From Catajapyx aquilonaris (taxonomy: Eukaryota), in the NCBI GenBank assembly GCA_000934665.2, contig KZ537977.1:1-64000 (forward strand): a stretch of 64,000 nt of DNA. The letters run 5' to 3'. The notes below the pieces were generated by a model that was not told the origin of the DNA, searched no databases, and worked only from the letters and a program-made list of their open reading frames with translations. How positions within the stretch are numbered: the stretch's first letter is position 1; each line of letters starts with the position of its first letter. Made by a program: the position numbers and the translations under genes. Below, one piece after another: positions 37,518 to 51,210 of this stretch.

Positions 37518-37835
37518 ATGCTTGGGAATATTGACCTCGCTGATACAGATATACTCACTCCTGGCTAGGTTTTACAGCCATTACATCGGAATTATTACGT
37601 AATTATTTCCTCCTGGATCGCTGGATGCTATCAGCAGCAATGCACGGTTATCAATGCAACGAACTGTCTATAAATATTCCAAACTCATCCACGCAAAACC
37701 TTACTTTATTTTAGACTATTATTTGCTAAGCCTGGTTACCGTTTACTACTGCCGTAATTCATTTTGTCATGCCCAGCTTTCCATTTTGGGCCGATTGTAC
37801 GATTGACAGTAAATTACGTAAAACGGACTCGTTTA

Positions 37836-37960
37836 GGGCCGGTTTCACCGAGCTCAGCATATGATAAAACCAGGGTATTTCTCAAAATCCCTATCTATTT
37901 GTATGGATTTTCCTAAAGAAACCTGGTTTTATCATATACCAAGCTCGGTGAAACCGGCCC
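37836..37960. mobile_element. Palindromic MITE (Harbinger-like ends) between tRNA genes
   Basis: GGGCCGGTTTCACCGAGCT..ATATGATAAAACCAGG / CCTGGTTTTATCATAT..AGCTCGGTGAAACCGGCCC; flanked by TTA and TAA. Confidence 0.85.
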
Positions 37961-38106
37961 TAAATCAAGCTAAATTGGCAAAATGCTAAATACAGGCCGC
38001 ATGACCGTCGCTTAAAAACCGCGAAAGTTGTTAATAATTTCAGGACTGGTTTTAAAGTTAGTAGGCCAAAATCAATAGAGCCAATAAATTGGGGAAAAAA
38101 GTGGAC

Positions 38107-38179
38107 TGCCGTGACCCGGGATCGAACCAGGGACCTTTAGATCTTCAGTCTAACGCTCTCCCAACTGAGCTATCCCGGC
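38107..38179 (-). tRNA. tRNA-Phe(GAA) copy 2
   Basis: Same 73-nt cloverleaf, T-arm CCTGG/CCGGG; T6 terminator at 38095-38100. Confidence 0.97.
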
Positions 38180-38360
38180 TGCTTAGGGAACATTGACCTA
38201 ATTGGACAAACATGCTAAATCCAGGCAGGCATCATGATATTAGTTCTTACCGTTCTTACAAATCGGAAAAAAAGTTTTAATAGCATAAAACTAGTAGGCA
38301 CAAGCAACACCAGTGACGCTCCATTAAAATATAACTAAACTTTAAAAAAAAAGATGACTG

Positions 38361-38433
38361 TGCCGTGACCCGGGATCGAACCGGGGACCTTTAGATCTTC
38401 AGTCTAACGCTCTCCCAACTGAGCTATCCCGGC
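38361..38433 (-). tRNA. tRNA-Phe(GAA) copy 3
   Basis: Same cloverleaf, T-arm CCCGG/CCGGG; T9 terminator at 38344-38352. Confidence 0.97.
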
Positions 38434-41400
38434 GTGTCTTACTAACCAACCCCATAATTCAAAGATAAGATAACCAAGCCGCCTTTTTAAAAAATGCGGT
38501 GACATAAAAAAGGTCAAAGTTCCTCCGCCGATTAGAGAGGGGGCCGCCCCCATCATTAAAGAACCGGCCCCATTTGACTCCTAATCAACTTCTTACCAGT
38601 GATTAAAGGAAATGTTGGTGATACTAATTAGCCTGTATAGGTCTTGGCCGGTGACAATGCTTTCACGTGTGTCTAGCTGGGTTAGTAGTAGTCTTGCGCA
38701 TGAGAGTCGCCGCCTGGCGGACAGGTGCGGCTGCTCGGCCCATTACTCCATTAGTGCCGGCCAGCCTGGCATCGGGAGAGGACGGGGCTCTCTCTCCTCA
38801 GTGTTTGGTTTGTTCTTCTCCACACCAACCCCACCTCCCACTTGCTACATCACATGTGACCTCCCCCATCCCCCCCACCTTCTTCTACCCCCCACACCCT
38901 CAACACATGTGCACGCCTTGTGTGTCGGGGGGTGTGTGCGACCTGTTGCGGCTTTGACGTATGTGATAGTGCGAGTGTGCGCGCTTTTTTGGAAGAAACC
39001 AGGATATATCACGCTGCAGGTAAATACGCAAATTTGTACATAGCTACGCAACATGCAAGTACAGGGTGGCAAATTTGCCAAATTTTTGCATAAACTGTAT
39101 GTGCCGGCCATTCATGAAATACTATTTTCATGGTTGCTGGAGAGAACAATCAGTCGATATTGAACTAGGACAGTGTCTGTATATGAAAATGGTGCCAATT
39201 TGCAGCGACCTTACTCAACCTTACGTAACAAGGCCGGAATTCCAGCTGGATTGTAACATTTTTTCGCACTATCTGCAAATTAATCTTGAAAAATGTGTTC
39301 GTCACTTCGTAAGTTGTTATGATTCTTGCCTTGTTTTTGTGTGCGTAAAGAGGCTACTTTTTTTTGGATACTTTCATAACATGTTGTCCCCGAGGTGTAA
39401 TCGTTACCACGTTTTTACGATGAATATTCTTATTATCTGGCGGAATGTGTTTTTTTTTTTTTGACGGGTAATGTCCGAGGTTTTTGACCACTATGATATG
39501 ACGCATGCGAAAATTATGATCCATTTTTGCAGCATTTAAGAGCAGATATTATCAGTTTTCCGAATCCAATTAAGAATTTCATTTACAACACCTCGTAAGA
39601 ATTTCACCCCATTTTCGTAAGGTATTAAGGACAATGTTTTTTTTTTCCTTCTTACGGGCACAGTTCAGCAGATCGCGTGACCCTTTAAAAATGGTCCCTT
39701 CCTGGCTTAGTTTTTTTTTTTTGTAGCAGATGACTGATTCTAATTGTTTCCGTGGCAATTTGTAACCAGGACCTTGATACCTCAATCACCTTATTACTGG
39801 CGTGTTAGAACCGAAGTTCCTGTTTTCCAGGTGTAAATGATGTATTGCCTCGCAATTAAGGGAACCCATGTTGCTAAATTGAGGGGGTCTTTGATTATTA
39901 ATTGCTGGGTTTTTTTTAAAAAAAGTGTCGCGTGTTTTAAGACCTTGGAGTCAGAATCGGCACACTTGTCATGTGGCGTGGGAAATCCGGCATTTTTTTA
40001 TATTCAAAAGGTTAGTGAGGATAGGGTGGGGATCGGTCCAGATTGGATGCTGCCGGAAGGTTGTCGATGTAACCGGACATGACTTCCCTCGACGGACAGG
40101 ATTCTGTGGAATTCAATATCAGGCAGCGTTTTACAGGGAAAAAATGGAAAAATTCAGGTTGCTAGAGTCAACAAACCACTGTTTAGCATCGAGCTTCTCC
40201 AGAAGGTATCTAACATGTCTCAAATCATGAAGCTATGAATAATTTGGACTGATAAAAAATTGCCGTTGCAGGGGGTAAATACATTTTTTTTTGCTACACC
40301 ATGCAACTTATTTATAGCTAGACATTTACACACAAAAAAGTCATAACAAACGTGTGACATGTGTGGAGTCGCACATGTCTCCGGTCAGTCAGTCAATAGC
40401 TCTGATAGGTTGTGACAGCTGCCCCGGTTTGAAAGGGCGACCCAGATCGATCCATAGCGAATTAAGTTTAAAAAAAATAGTATAGCCAGTTTATACTAAT
40501 TAATTAGGGCTGTCCCATTCCAGTGGTTGCGATAATTGAACCAGAACTCCGGTCCGAGTGCATTTTCTTGTCCTGATATGCCAAGGGATGTCCACCTTCT
40601 TTGTCGCGGAGGTAAAATGACACCCACTCACGTACGAAGAACGTACGTGATTTCTTCAGAGTCCGCGATATTTTTTTTTGTGGGTTTTGCCCATTTGAGG
40701 CCGAGGGCAACTCGACTTTTTGATGTGGGAAGCTGCTTACTTAGGCATGAACATGTCCCTCGGTGTCATAATTTCCACACCTTAATTAATGACCATGCCT
40801 GATCAGTTTTTAGGGGGAGTTGTTTGCCACTATCTGAACGGACGGGGGCAATTGAGTGGGTGGAAAAAAAATAGTGAAAGGGGGGTATCATCGAAGGTTG
40901 GGCAATTCTGACCCGGAATTGACCCAGCCCTATGCAAGGTCATCGGTGCTGGAGGCATAGGTCGCGACCTAATGACCTCATCCTATTTCCATGCAAATCC
41001 GCGTATCGAAGAATGAGAAACTTGATCACCCCCGATGGCCTGAGGGGGCAAAGGCGAGTCTTCTTGGGAAAAGGGCGGGGTCGAACTGAGAGGTCCAAAT
41101 CTGGCCCCAACATCAACAAAGTGTTGACACAGACGACTTATCTAACCCAACCCTGTCGTCTTGTCAAACAGCAAGGTGGATGAAAAGTTCGCTAATGAAG
41201 AGACAGACGTCCTGTCAATTTTTTGACAAATATTATCAAGTGATATGTGCATTTTATTTCGTTTCAAGCTATTTGGGTTCAATGGGTTCAATCTTGGAAA
41301 TATGTGCATTAGTTTCCATTTCGTACCGTTGTCGCATGTCTGCGACGCATCTTTTCGGAACAATTAGAATGCTGACACGGACAATGGTACTGCTAGGAGT

Positions 41401-43848
41401 CAAGGTCGTTAAGCCTCCGCAATGTTGTTGAGCGTCTGGATATGAGTGACATGGATGGTATGGGGGGGACATTTCTGAGCGCGCCTGGCACGCACTGTCT
41501 TATGTGTCAATAGGCGGCAACGATGGCGTGCGATGAATTGGGCGGATGGCAAATAAAAGACTAGCAAAGGCCAGGGTCAGGAGGTGACTGGGCGGAGGCC
41601 TCGGTTGCCATCATCGCTCCTCTTGTTCCCCTGGTTTCAATTGAAACCACCCACCGGTGCACTCACTGTTGAATTCTCCCCCATCATCACCTGATGGGGC
41701 CAAGGACGGGGCTTTGCTTCCTATATTGCAGCATACCCCCCCAATCATGACAGCCCCTTGTCGGAAGTTTCTTCTCGATTGTTGCGAGGTATGTCGTCGG
41801 TACCAACAGGAGTGACTCGGGGGATTATGCCTGGGACAATAGAAACAAAATGCCTGGAATGCTGTCGACATGTGGAATTAATGATGCCTTTTGTTTGTCG
41901 ATGCGGGACGGCATGCTGATGATGTTCTACGTGCTATTTTGATGCAATTGTTGCCCATTTTTGCATTCCCAAGTGTTTGACACTTCAGCCCGGTGTGCAG
42001 GAAAGTGCTTCCGAAATAATTCCCCCCCACCTCCCTCCCCCCTTCGAGAGCAGCATCTATTTCTAAGGCCCGACCCTAAGCTGGCAAGTGGTACGTGCCA
42101 AGGAGGTGTACCCCCAAAGCCAAAGGTCGGCGGCATATTTATATCCCCTTGGCTACGACCTCCTGCTCTCGCAAAGGGCGCCCGCCGGTGATCCCGATCG
42201 CTTTTTGTTTTCGAGACTAGCACTCCTTTAGTCCTCTCCTGGAACCAAACCGCAGCTCCCAAAAATATGAACTGACAGGAACCTGATTCAGTTTCATCCT
42301 ACAGGGTGGTACGCTGCCCATGTCGACATCTCGGGTGGTAAAATATGGATTTCTCCGACGGCTCAAATGGTAGATCCTGATGTGTAGACAGGACTAGAAT
42401 GCGCATGCGCGTTCCACCTGTCGAGTACGCATGCGCAAACCCATTCTCACTGGTAGATCCTGATGTTGACCTCTCTCCATTATTGCCTGACCCACACTAT
42501 TGTATTGTTGAATGAGCCCATTTTGGGGCAGGACGGAGATTTATGCTGGGGCCAAGGCATCTCACGCTCATTAATAACTATTTGGTAGAGGTTTGACGCC
42601 GCCTCATTTCCTAATACCTCGCCACACACCCTTCATATACCAGACAAGATCGCTCTACTTGTAATAGGCTCGTGCTGCTCACGACACATTAATTACTATA
42701 TAGTAAAAAAAGGAACATACTACCACATCCTTTTGACCCCAAGTGCACGAAGCTATTTGCGCACTAAGACACGATTTGGCCATATCAAGATAGGTCGCGA
42801 ATTTTTATAGAGGGGGGCTTACATTGTAATCGGTTCCTGGCTTAACCCTTTTAAAAAAATTCAAAAAAGTTTTTGCTCAATTTTAAATGGATTCGAAAAA
42901 AGGTCAATGCATCGAGGGTAATTGGTCAGTACTGGATTTTTATCAATGGCAAGCCTTCCGTAACTGAAAATTACTAGCCCCGAATTCGCTAATTACTTGT
43001 CGGTTACCGTTCGGGCTTACTTTTTTTTTGATTCGTGCCGTCGATTAAAAGGTAAGCGAACTTTTTGGAGACTCGCCTTGCAAGGTGAAAACAAGTTGGC
43101 GTTCCTATTAATTAGGCGTGGCCCCCCTCCCTCCCCTCCCCTCACAACTACCGAGTCTGCGGCCGCCTAATAGTTAATTTTTGGCCCCCGGGGCGCCCCC
43201 ACTTCTTTGGCAAATGGGGAGCGATTCATTTGGGATGAAAGGAAAGATGAAGAAGCTCCCCCATTTTTTTGTGGTATATTGAGGTTACCTGGGATGCTTT
43301 TATCAAAGGATTTTTACAGGTGTGGAGAGCTGGGTTTTTAAGCCCTAAAGGTCTTGGCAGTCATATTCAAGTGCTGTATGAGGTCACCAGGCGTGGGCGA
43401 ATATATGTGCCGTGAACGTGGGCATATGCATTATCACCTCGCAATTCAAAGAAATAAGGGCGGAGTTAACAACAAGTCGTGATATCATCGCGGCTACTGC
43501 TGCATGACTACCAAAAGCAATATCTCGCCATTATAATTTGCCAGCAAAATATTTTGTGCGCGGATTTTAATTGCTGTGCATATATAATCAACTGTTGGGG
43601 CGCACAATCTGAAACAGGCCGTAATTACCGCAATTGCACCAATCAATTAGTCGATTGCGCTATTAACTCTAACAGCGATTAGAGGATAACACTTCTAAAT
43701 TAAAATCCGTGTAGATAATATCACTCCAATTAATTATTTTCTAATAATAATAAGCAATAAACAATTATAAGTATAGCAATAAATAATCATACATAATGAC
43801 TAATAATAAAATAAAGTACTATTATAATGATAAAATACTAATAACAAT

Positions 43849-43994
43849 GGGTGGAATTTTCCAACACTGGTATGGATAAGTTAGCAATAACTAGCAGTGA
43901 GACGAATATTCCACCTCATGTGTCGAATTTTAGTCCCACTGCTATAGATACTGCTAACTTAGCAGTAACTAATAGTGCGACGAAAATTCCACCC
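43849..43994. mobile_element. MITE with GGGTGGAATTTT TIRs and AAT TSD (Harbinger-like)
   Basis: AAT|GGGTGGAATTTTC ... GAAAATTCCACCC|AAT, inserted in an (AAT)n-rich tract. Confidence 0.75.
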
Positions 43995-44064
43995 AATATT
44001 AATAATACCAATTAATAAATAATAAATACTAATCGTTCTGATGTATCAGTATTCCACCAGTATT

Positions 44065-44066
<2 letters not shown>

Positions 44067-44106
<40 letters not shown>
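44067..44106. repeat. (CTA)n microsatellite within an AT-rich low-complexity tract (43730-44180)
   Basis: About 12 CTA units. Confidence 0.9.
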
Positions 44107-47100
44107 GTGAGTATTTTTCTACTACTAGCAATAAGAATAAATAATAAATTATTTTAATAATTATTTATCAAATAATTACCTGTTATACAATGGTATTGTC
44201 ACCAGGGTTGACAAAAAAATAATGCAATGTGCCAGGTTGGGCAGATGGATTATTATTTGGAGATGGGCAATTAATTTCCAGGAGAGGTCACTTAAATTAT
44301 ATTTGTTAAGGGAGTTTACGTTTGTCACAGGGTGGATTCACAGCGGGGTTAACAGGCAACACGCACATTTTTACGTCGCCAGCTCACCATAACGTGTCAC
44401 TTATTTTTCACCGTGGCCGCTGTTAAAAACCCAAGTTAGGGCATTTTTTCACTGGCAGGTTAATTTTTCACGGGGAGCCCCCCCCCCTCCCCCACCCCCT
44501 TTCCACCTTTTTCCTCTTCACGTGTTTCTTGTCTGAAGTTGGCTCTTTGCGTTTCATTATCTTCCTCGCCGTAATGAACCTTACCAAATATGCTTGCTCG
44601 TGATTAATCACGGGTGGAGAATTTTTGTCACAAAATATGCGGATATTTTACGTTTCATGTTTTTTCCTGTCAGAAAAATTGGTCATACGTGGCAAGGAAT
44701 ATGGTTAAGTAGGGCTTCGCATGTCGTTCCCAGCGCATATCTGCATGTTATGTTGCACCTTCAGCGTACTATTTCATCCAAGAGGACAGGTCGTTTCGTA
44801 AAAATTATGCTGTCTTCAAAATGGTAATTGAAATTTACGTTTATGTCACTGGTGTATGCTGAGAAATAACATAGCTCGCACAGCAGGTGACAAAATGTAC
44901 GAATTAATGAATTTTTAATTGTGAATTATGCAATTCAAGTATACACCAAGTGCTTTATTTGCATATACAATACTTGCGATAGTAAGAATACGGCAAAATT
45001 GGTTGAAATATGTAAAAACAACAGTTTAGTGTAGCCTACATATAGGTATCGTTGGATTAATGGTCCTTTTGATCCTGGATAGGTTTGTAAAATATAAATT
45101 TTTTAAAAAAAACAACCAAACATCCCTGAGGCAATATTGAACTGGATTTACATGACATCGACAGCTAAAAGGATGGAGGAATGAAGTATTGTATCAAAAT
45201 TTATTACACCCCATTAAAGAAATGTTACAAAAACACCTTTAATACTTGTTTAAGTACTTCGCGAGAGTGTTTCGTAGCTGCTACAGTTCTCACTTGAAAA
45301 TTACGGCAGTTTTATGATTAATAATTATGTCGCTCTTTTTTTTTGAGTAGATGGAATTGTGGAGGCGGTACCTTTGACTTAATACGTATAATTTATATTC
45401 GACAAGTGTGGCAATCTGGATTAACCTGTGTTCATATGTTGTCATTAAAGTAAGTGCGACACAGATATTTGATTATTATTCATGTTGGCAAAAATTATTG
45501 TAAGGTACACTTTTGCATTATTTACGCAATGTCTCAATTTACATTATTTACTGTGTGTACATCAAGTAGCCAAGAACATGTTCGCGCACACACTTCCAAA
45601 TCTCACCTGCTGTATTCTATTTAAGTCAAGTTCATCCTCCGCGGTCGTAATTTGAATATATTCTGCTATAACTCAATTACACGACGAAGAGAAGCTACTT
45701 GGCAATGTCAAGGGCGAGATTTGCAGAAAACTTGTTTCTCCGCATGTTACATGAAAACGGCGGAAAGGAAACAGGATCCCTCTTCAACTCGCTTAATATT
45801 CTTCAAGAGTTAAGAAAATCTGCTCCTTTCCTCGAAAAAAAGACGCGCTAGGAATTATATGTATGAGATGTGGATGACGCCTTGCTAGGTATCCGTGAGT
45901 TGAATAATATTTCCCTGAAGATTGAAAGCTCCAAATCAACATTTTTTTGTGTGTGTGACCAACAGGGTGTTAAGGCAGGCGCAACACAAAATAACTCAAC
46001 TGCTATAAGAGTTTTTGCCAGCAGCAAGTAGAGACGGGCAGAAGCTCATGTTTCGTCCAAAAAAGCCTGGCTAATTAGTACGTCTCTTGTTGATGAGGTG
46101 CCCTGAGTCCTAGCTGACAATGTGTGGCCAGTAATATGAATCCAGTCGACAGCGCCTTGAACTGCAAAGCCTTGAACCGCTGACTCTCACCTTTTCATGC
46201 TGTCCACAGGAAACTACTAGTTATATAAAAAACTAAAAATGGGCTCCAGCTATTCAATTTTTTCCTTCTTTGTTCCATCACAATTTTTTTTTACATGTGC
46301 ACCCGAGGCTTCCCTATTTTTTGATTTGCGATGAATAACAAAGAGGGAACATTAATCACGCTTTGGGGCGCGAAGCCTAAAAAGAAGCCTCCAAGGGCGA
46401 GTCCATCTCTTTTGTGTAACTCGGAGGCCTCGAGCGTGAGACCTCTCTCGAGGCCAAAGGTCACGCTATTTATCCTGCGATGGAAGCGACGCCTGCTGGC
46501 TATAATGCGAGCTCCTGGAACGGTCAGTCTAAACATGAGAAAGAGGTCAACAACCAAGATTTTCAATTATTTTTGTACTTGTATATAATGAATTAACTCA
46601 TACACTTAGTAGGTCAACCGTTTACAGTACTGACTTATAGATAGCCCATCAGATGTACTGACTTGAAAATGGTACCGGTACATCACGATATGTATCGATT
46701 CATGTACCGTCTACAAGTCGGTACTTGTTGATCACAAAATACTACAGTCGACGTATTGCCATGTGAGGTTACATCAGACACAACTACAAAAAGAATTAAA
46801 TGTAAAGGAAATTATTAAATTGCACAATCTTACATGGATGACTTTTTTGTTGAATCTGGTTTGTGCAGCCCTCAATGATTCGCAATTTCTTAAAGTAACA
46901 AGCACTTATGTATCTGATGACGCATCTTACAAACACCGCCAAACAGGTTGCACGACTGCTCTTCCAAGACACGGACATTGTGTGTCTGCTGTGGTACGTT
47001 ATCGTGGCAACCAGCCTTTTGGTGCACGTTGAAATGTGTTGACTGACGGCACGCAGCATTTGGACTGCATTCCTCTCCCTCCATGGTCTCTACCTGCAGA

Positions 47101-47605
47101 ACAGAGTTGGTCAAAAAAATATATGTACACTACACACACACACACCAACCCCCCTGTAGCTCCGACCTGTGAAATCGAGGGACAAGAATGTACGTCGCTT
47201 CTTTCTTCTCTTGGCTCCAGGCTCTTCTAATTGATCACACCCCCTACGGTTCACGAAGATTGCTTCACGGAAGCATCCTTCGTTGTCACATCTCTGATGA
47301 AGCGTCTTTTTAGCTTGATTGATGCGGTTCAACAGTGAGGGACGGTTATTCCCTGGGATTCAAAACTGATCGGCAATTTGACAGCCGCAGGAATGACTTG
47401 CATGGCGCTACCACACTTTGAACTCAATGCAAACACTTCGTCATTTGATTGCTATAACCGAGGGGGGAACCTTCAGAGTCAGCTGATCTCATATAAGAAG
47501 GACGGGAATAGCAGTGATAGAAGTGAGGACTTGCTCACCTTTTTTGATGGATGGGTCATTGTTAAAGGTGGGCCTTGTCTCACGAGTTTGTGTTTCTTCC
47601 TGCAG

Positions 47606-47823
47606 AATCGTAGTCGACTGGCGGAGGTGCGAAGGGGGTCGTCCTCTTCCCCCACCCCCAATGGACAGAGCGACGATGAGGGTCTTCCTTCTCCAGCTGA
47701 GGTCACCCAGGTCAACCTGTTATGGGCCGCCGAGTCACCTGGTGTAGCAGACGCCACCTCTTCGCGACCACCTCTCAAGAACATGGACTCGGGGAGGAAG
47801 AGGAATGAACTCTGTGATCATAC
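47606..47823 (+). CDS. SAMD11: SAMD11/Samuel-like exon 2
   Basis: ttcctgcag|NRSRLAEVRR continues SSPV-NRGRLA as in SAMD11; donor AC|gtaagt (phase 2). Confidence 0.8.
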
Positions 47824-50795
47824 GTAAGTCACACATCAGCACTCTAGCAAGGTGGTCATAATCTCGATGCTAAATTTTTATAGCGCTGATATATAATAGC
47901 CATATATGGTCCAGGCACTTAACCGGTGTAGGCGTGTTATCAAATGGGGTCAGGTCAGGAAGGTTTCAAAGTATTTATGGCTGGAAATGATGTCACGATG
48001 CCACATTCTACATTAATTTCATTTGGGCAAAAAAACAATTTGCAAATAACTGCCAAGTGTTGAACAATTTATAACTCAATTAAACCATCACAATATTTGC
48101 AACCTTGTGTAACTCCAGCCTGCTTTTGCGAAGAACCTGAAGAAAGAAAAAAGAAGTGCTCGTTTGAGTGCACATAAGTTATCTGACATGGTTCCTTGGT
48201 CAAAACTAATGGCACAACGCTCGACCCACTTTCACCCAGCACAGGACACACACTCTTTGAAAATGAACAGTCCTACAGGACAATATAACATGTTATGACC
48301 AAATTCCTTGTCTCAAGTTGCGACGGGACGTCCTTGTCGTTGGGTCGTCGGGAGTTCGTGTCCATATTTATGTCCAGACAAATCTTCACAATCGGGTGGG
48401 TCCAAAGCTCTCTCTTCCTGGTAAAAACCACGAGGTTTTTTTTTAAATTTAACTGGTCTCTCCAGAATGATTTGTGTGAAAATAGCATGCGAGCAAAGAA
48501 CTGCTCATTAGTCTGTAGGCAAAAGATAAATCCAGCTAGAAGTGCAATAGCGGTACTTGTGCACTTGTTGCTACACTGTGTTAGGAGGGGATTAAGGGAA
48601 GATACCTGGAGGACTCATTACGCAGCGGTAACCAGACCCACGGGGCATATTTTTCTTTTTTACACAAATTTTTTTGTGGGCCCCCCCGCATTGCAGTCTT
48701 AGCCCAAGGCCGTCTTTAAAGTCAGTTTTCAAGTGATGTAACTGAGTGCGTGATGTCATTATTCTCTGTAGTAGACAAGGGATCCGTCATGCAGCAATAT
48801 GTTGCTGGAGTGAACAAATCTTGACCTCGCAAAAATTAACCAGTAAAGTCCGGTCGGTGATTGACACATGGCCCATTGTGTCACTTGTGGGAAAAAAGAC
48901 CCACTCGTGGGCCGAAGTTCCGTTAGATAATATTCCATAAGAAGTTAACAGATGGTAATGAAATTTTCTGGTCACGTATTTTACACCTCGGCTGAAAAAT
49001 CTACCTTGCACATGTCATAGGAATACCTCTAGCTTTTCGGATGGGGGGGCTTGATTTGTGGGACCGGCGAAACGCAGAAGCACCTTTTTTCTGTAGAGGT
49101 CAAACCCCCATAGATCCGACTTAAACTTTTTAAAATCAGTTAATTGAAAACACTTGCGAGTACAGCGTAATTGTAGTGACCGCGCAAAATTTTTTTATGC
49201 CGTTTCGGTTGGGAAAAGATGGGGTGTTGAGGTGGTATTTCCAAGACAAACCCATTTGGCATCCCGAGAGAAGAGAACCTAATTCCCTTGACCGATGGGC
49301 ACTCAGCGGAACTGCATTTCAAAGCTCTAGTCCATTGTTCCTGCTTGTCTCGTTTTCCTCTGTTTTTCCGCTTGGCAGCCGGATTATTACATGTCCAGCA
49401 ACCAAGTGACGCGGTTATGACAAAGCCGGTTTTGTCAGTGAAATTGGTTTTGTCTAGGAAGACAATTATCATTTTTACTGTGACACATTGTTTTCCTAAC
49501 GAGCAGCTTGGGGAGGAAATATGCGAATGTTTATATCCGCTTAGCATTTTTTTTTCTGCATCACATTGTTGTCGATTGACTTAAAGCCTGCTTTACAATA
49601 ACAGTTGTTTTCAAGGGATCTTTTTTTATATACATGATATACTCCTCGGTTAATCAAAACAGGTAAATATAGGTTACATGCACAATACAAAATGAACGGA
49701 CTGGAGCACAAGGTTATTACCTTCGTTCCGTAATTAGTTTCGGCATTATTGAGTCGGAACTGCGCCCGTTTTTACGCAATTCTAAATTACTCTTGCGGAA
49801 ATGGTCAAACACTGTACCGGGTTGTGTTAACTAAAAAAAAAAAATCTCGAGATCCTCTAGTATTCGTGCGAATTTTTTGAGCATATCAAGGACATTTTTT
49901 TGCACTACTGTTAAAAGATGTGAAAAAGATCTTCAATTATTCTTAAAGCTTCATTGCATGATATGTAGCGTGAGTTGCAGCCTGTTATTTCAGATAGAAC
50001 TGATTGAACGCTACATGCTCCGGAAAGTAACACAGCAGCAGCACATGCTTGAATAATACCCATAAGCGTGGCTGGGGGTTTATTTTCCGATGGTTAGCGA
50101 TAAAACGCAATTTTGCTGTTGATTTATATTTTTCGCGAATTTGAAGTAGGCTTAAATTATGTGGACCACCATTTTGTGTCACGCCGGCTTTTACTTTACG
50201 GCCGAATTTGTCGCCATTAATTCCAATTTTCCTCAGCCCATATCCAAAGGAAAAGTTTACGCGACATGAGTTGTGTCCAGAAGAGCTAATTAGAAGTAAT
50301 GAGCGTCCCGGAGGACATTGTCGGCGCGATGAGCAGATACAGAACATATGAGAGCATGGTGCAGCTTCTTTACCTCCCTGGCTGCCATGCTCAACCGTGG
50401 TTGATCAGGAGTCAAGACAGGCCCCGTCTTGTGACAGATCCAGCAGGGTTTTCCAGTTTGACTGGAAACCCCCTCGAAACTCGCCAAAGGAACGAGCAGG
50501 CTTCCCACCAAGAAGTAGCCAAACGATGAGTCGTTAGTGCCCCACCAACCAGCCTATTAATGCTTAATTACTCTATTGCGAGCTTCTTCGTCAAAGTAAT
50601 GGATTTGTAAAGTAAGAAGTGGGCGGATTAATGGCCAACGATTTCTGCGTAAAATTGGGGGTCAAGACCTTATCTGGGGGCAAATAAGGTCACCCTGCTC
50701 CCATGATCGAAGGCTTAGTTGTCCTGAGAGAAAAAAACACGAGCTCAATATACGTATACTGTATGTTCATGCAACGTACACAAAATAATACACCA

Positions 50796-51210
50796 ATTTT
50801 GACAGACTTTTATGCATAAACTGAAACTTTATACATTTTGGTGCATATTGTGCAATTTGAATGCATAATTTGAAATTTTATGCACTCGGGTGCATGAAGT
50901 TAACAACTTATGCATCCAAGTGCATCGAGTAAAAATTAATGCACCCAACTGCATTAATTGCAAATTATACATCCAAGTGCATAAAATTGCACCATACTCA
51001 CCCAACTGCATATAAAGTTAACAACTTATGCACGTAAGTGCACAGTTACAATTAATGCACCCAATTGCATTGCAAATTATACACCCAATTGCATCAGTTG
51101 CATTTTTATGCGTTTGTGCAATTTATGCACTTGGATTCAAGTGCATAAAATTGCACAATATGCACCCAAATGCATAAAATTGCAGTTTATGCACAAGAGT
51201 GTGTCAAAAT
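50796..51210. mobile_element. Fold-back/MITE with about 65-bp TIRs and TGCA-rich internal subrepeats
   Basis: Left ATTTTGACAGACTTTTATGCATAAACTG.. mirrors right ..CAGTTTATGCACAAGAGTGTGTCAAAAT; internal direct repeat with about 119-bp period (AAGTTAACAACTTATGCA). Confidence 0.75.

Noticed and set aside
42301..42470. CAGGGTG start, TGGTAGATCCTGATGT direct repeat and GCGCATGCGC motifs
   Set aside because: No matching right TIR or TSD found; cannot distinguish a decayed transposon from a regulatory site.
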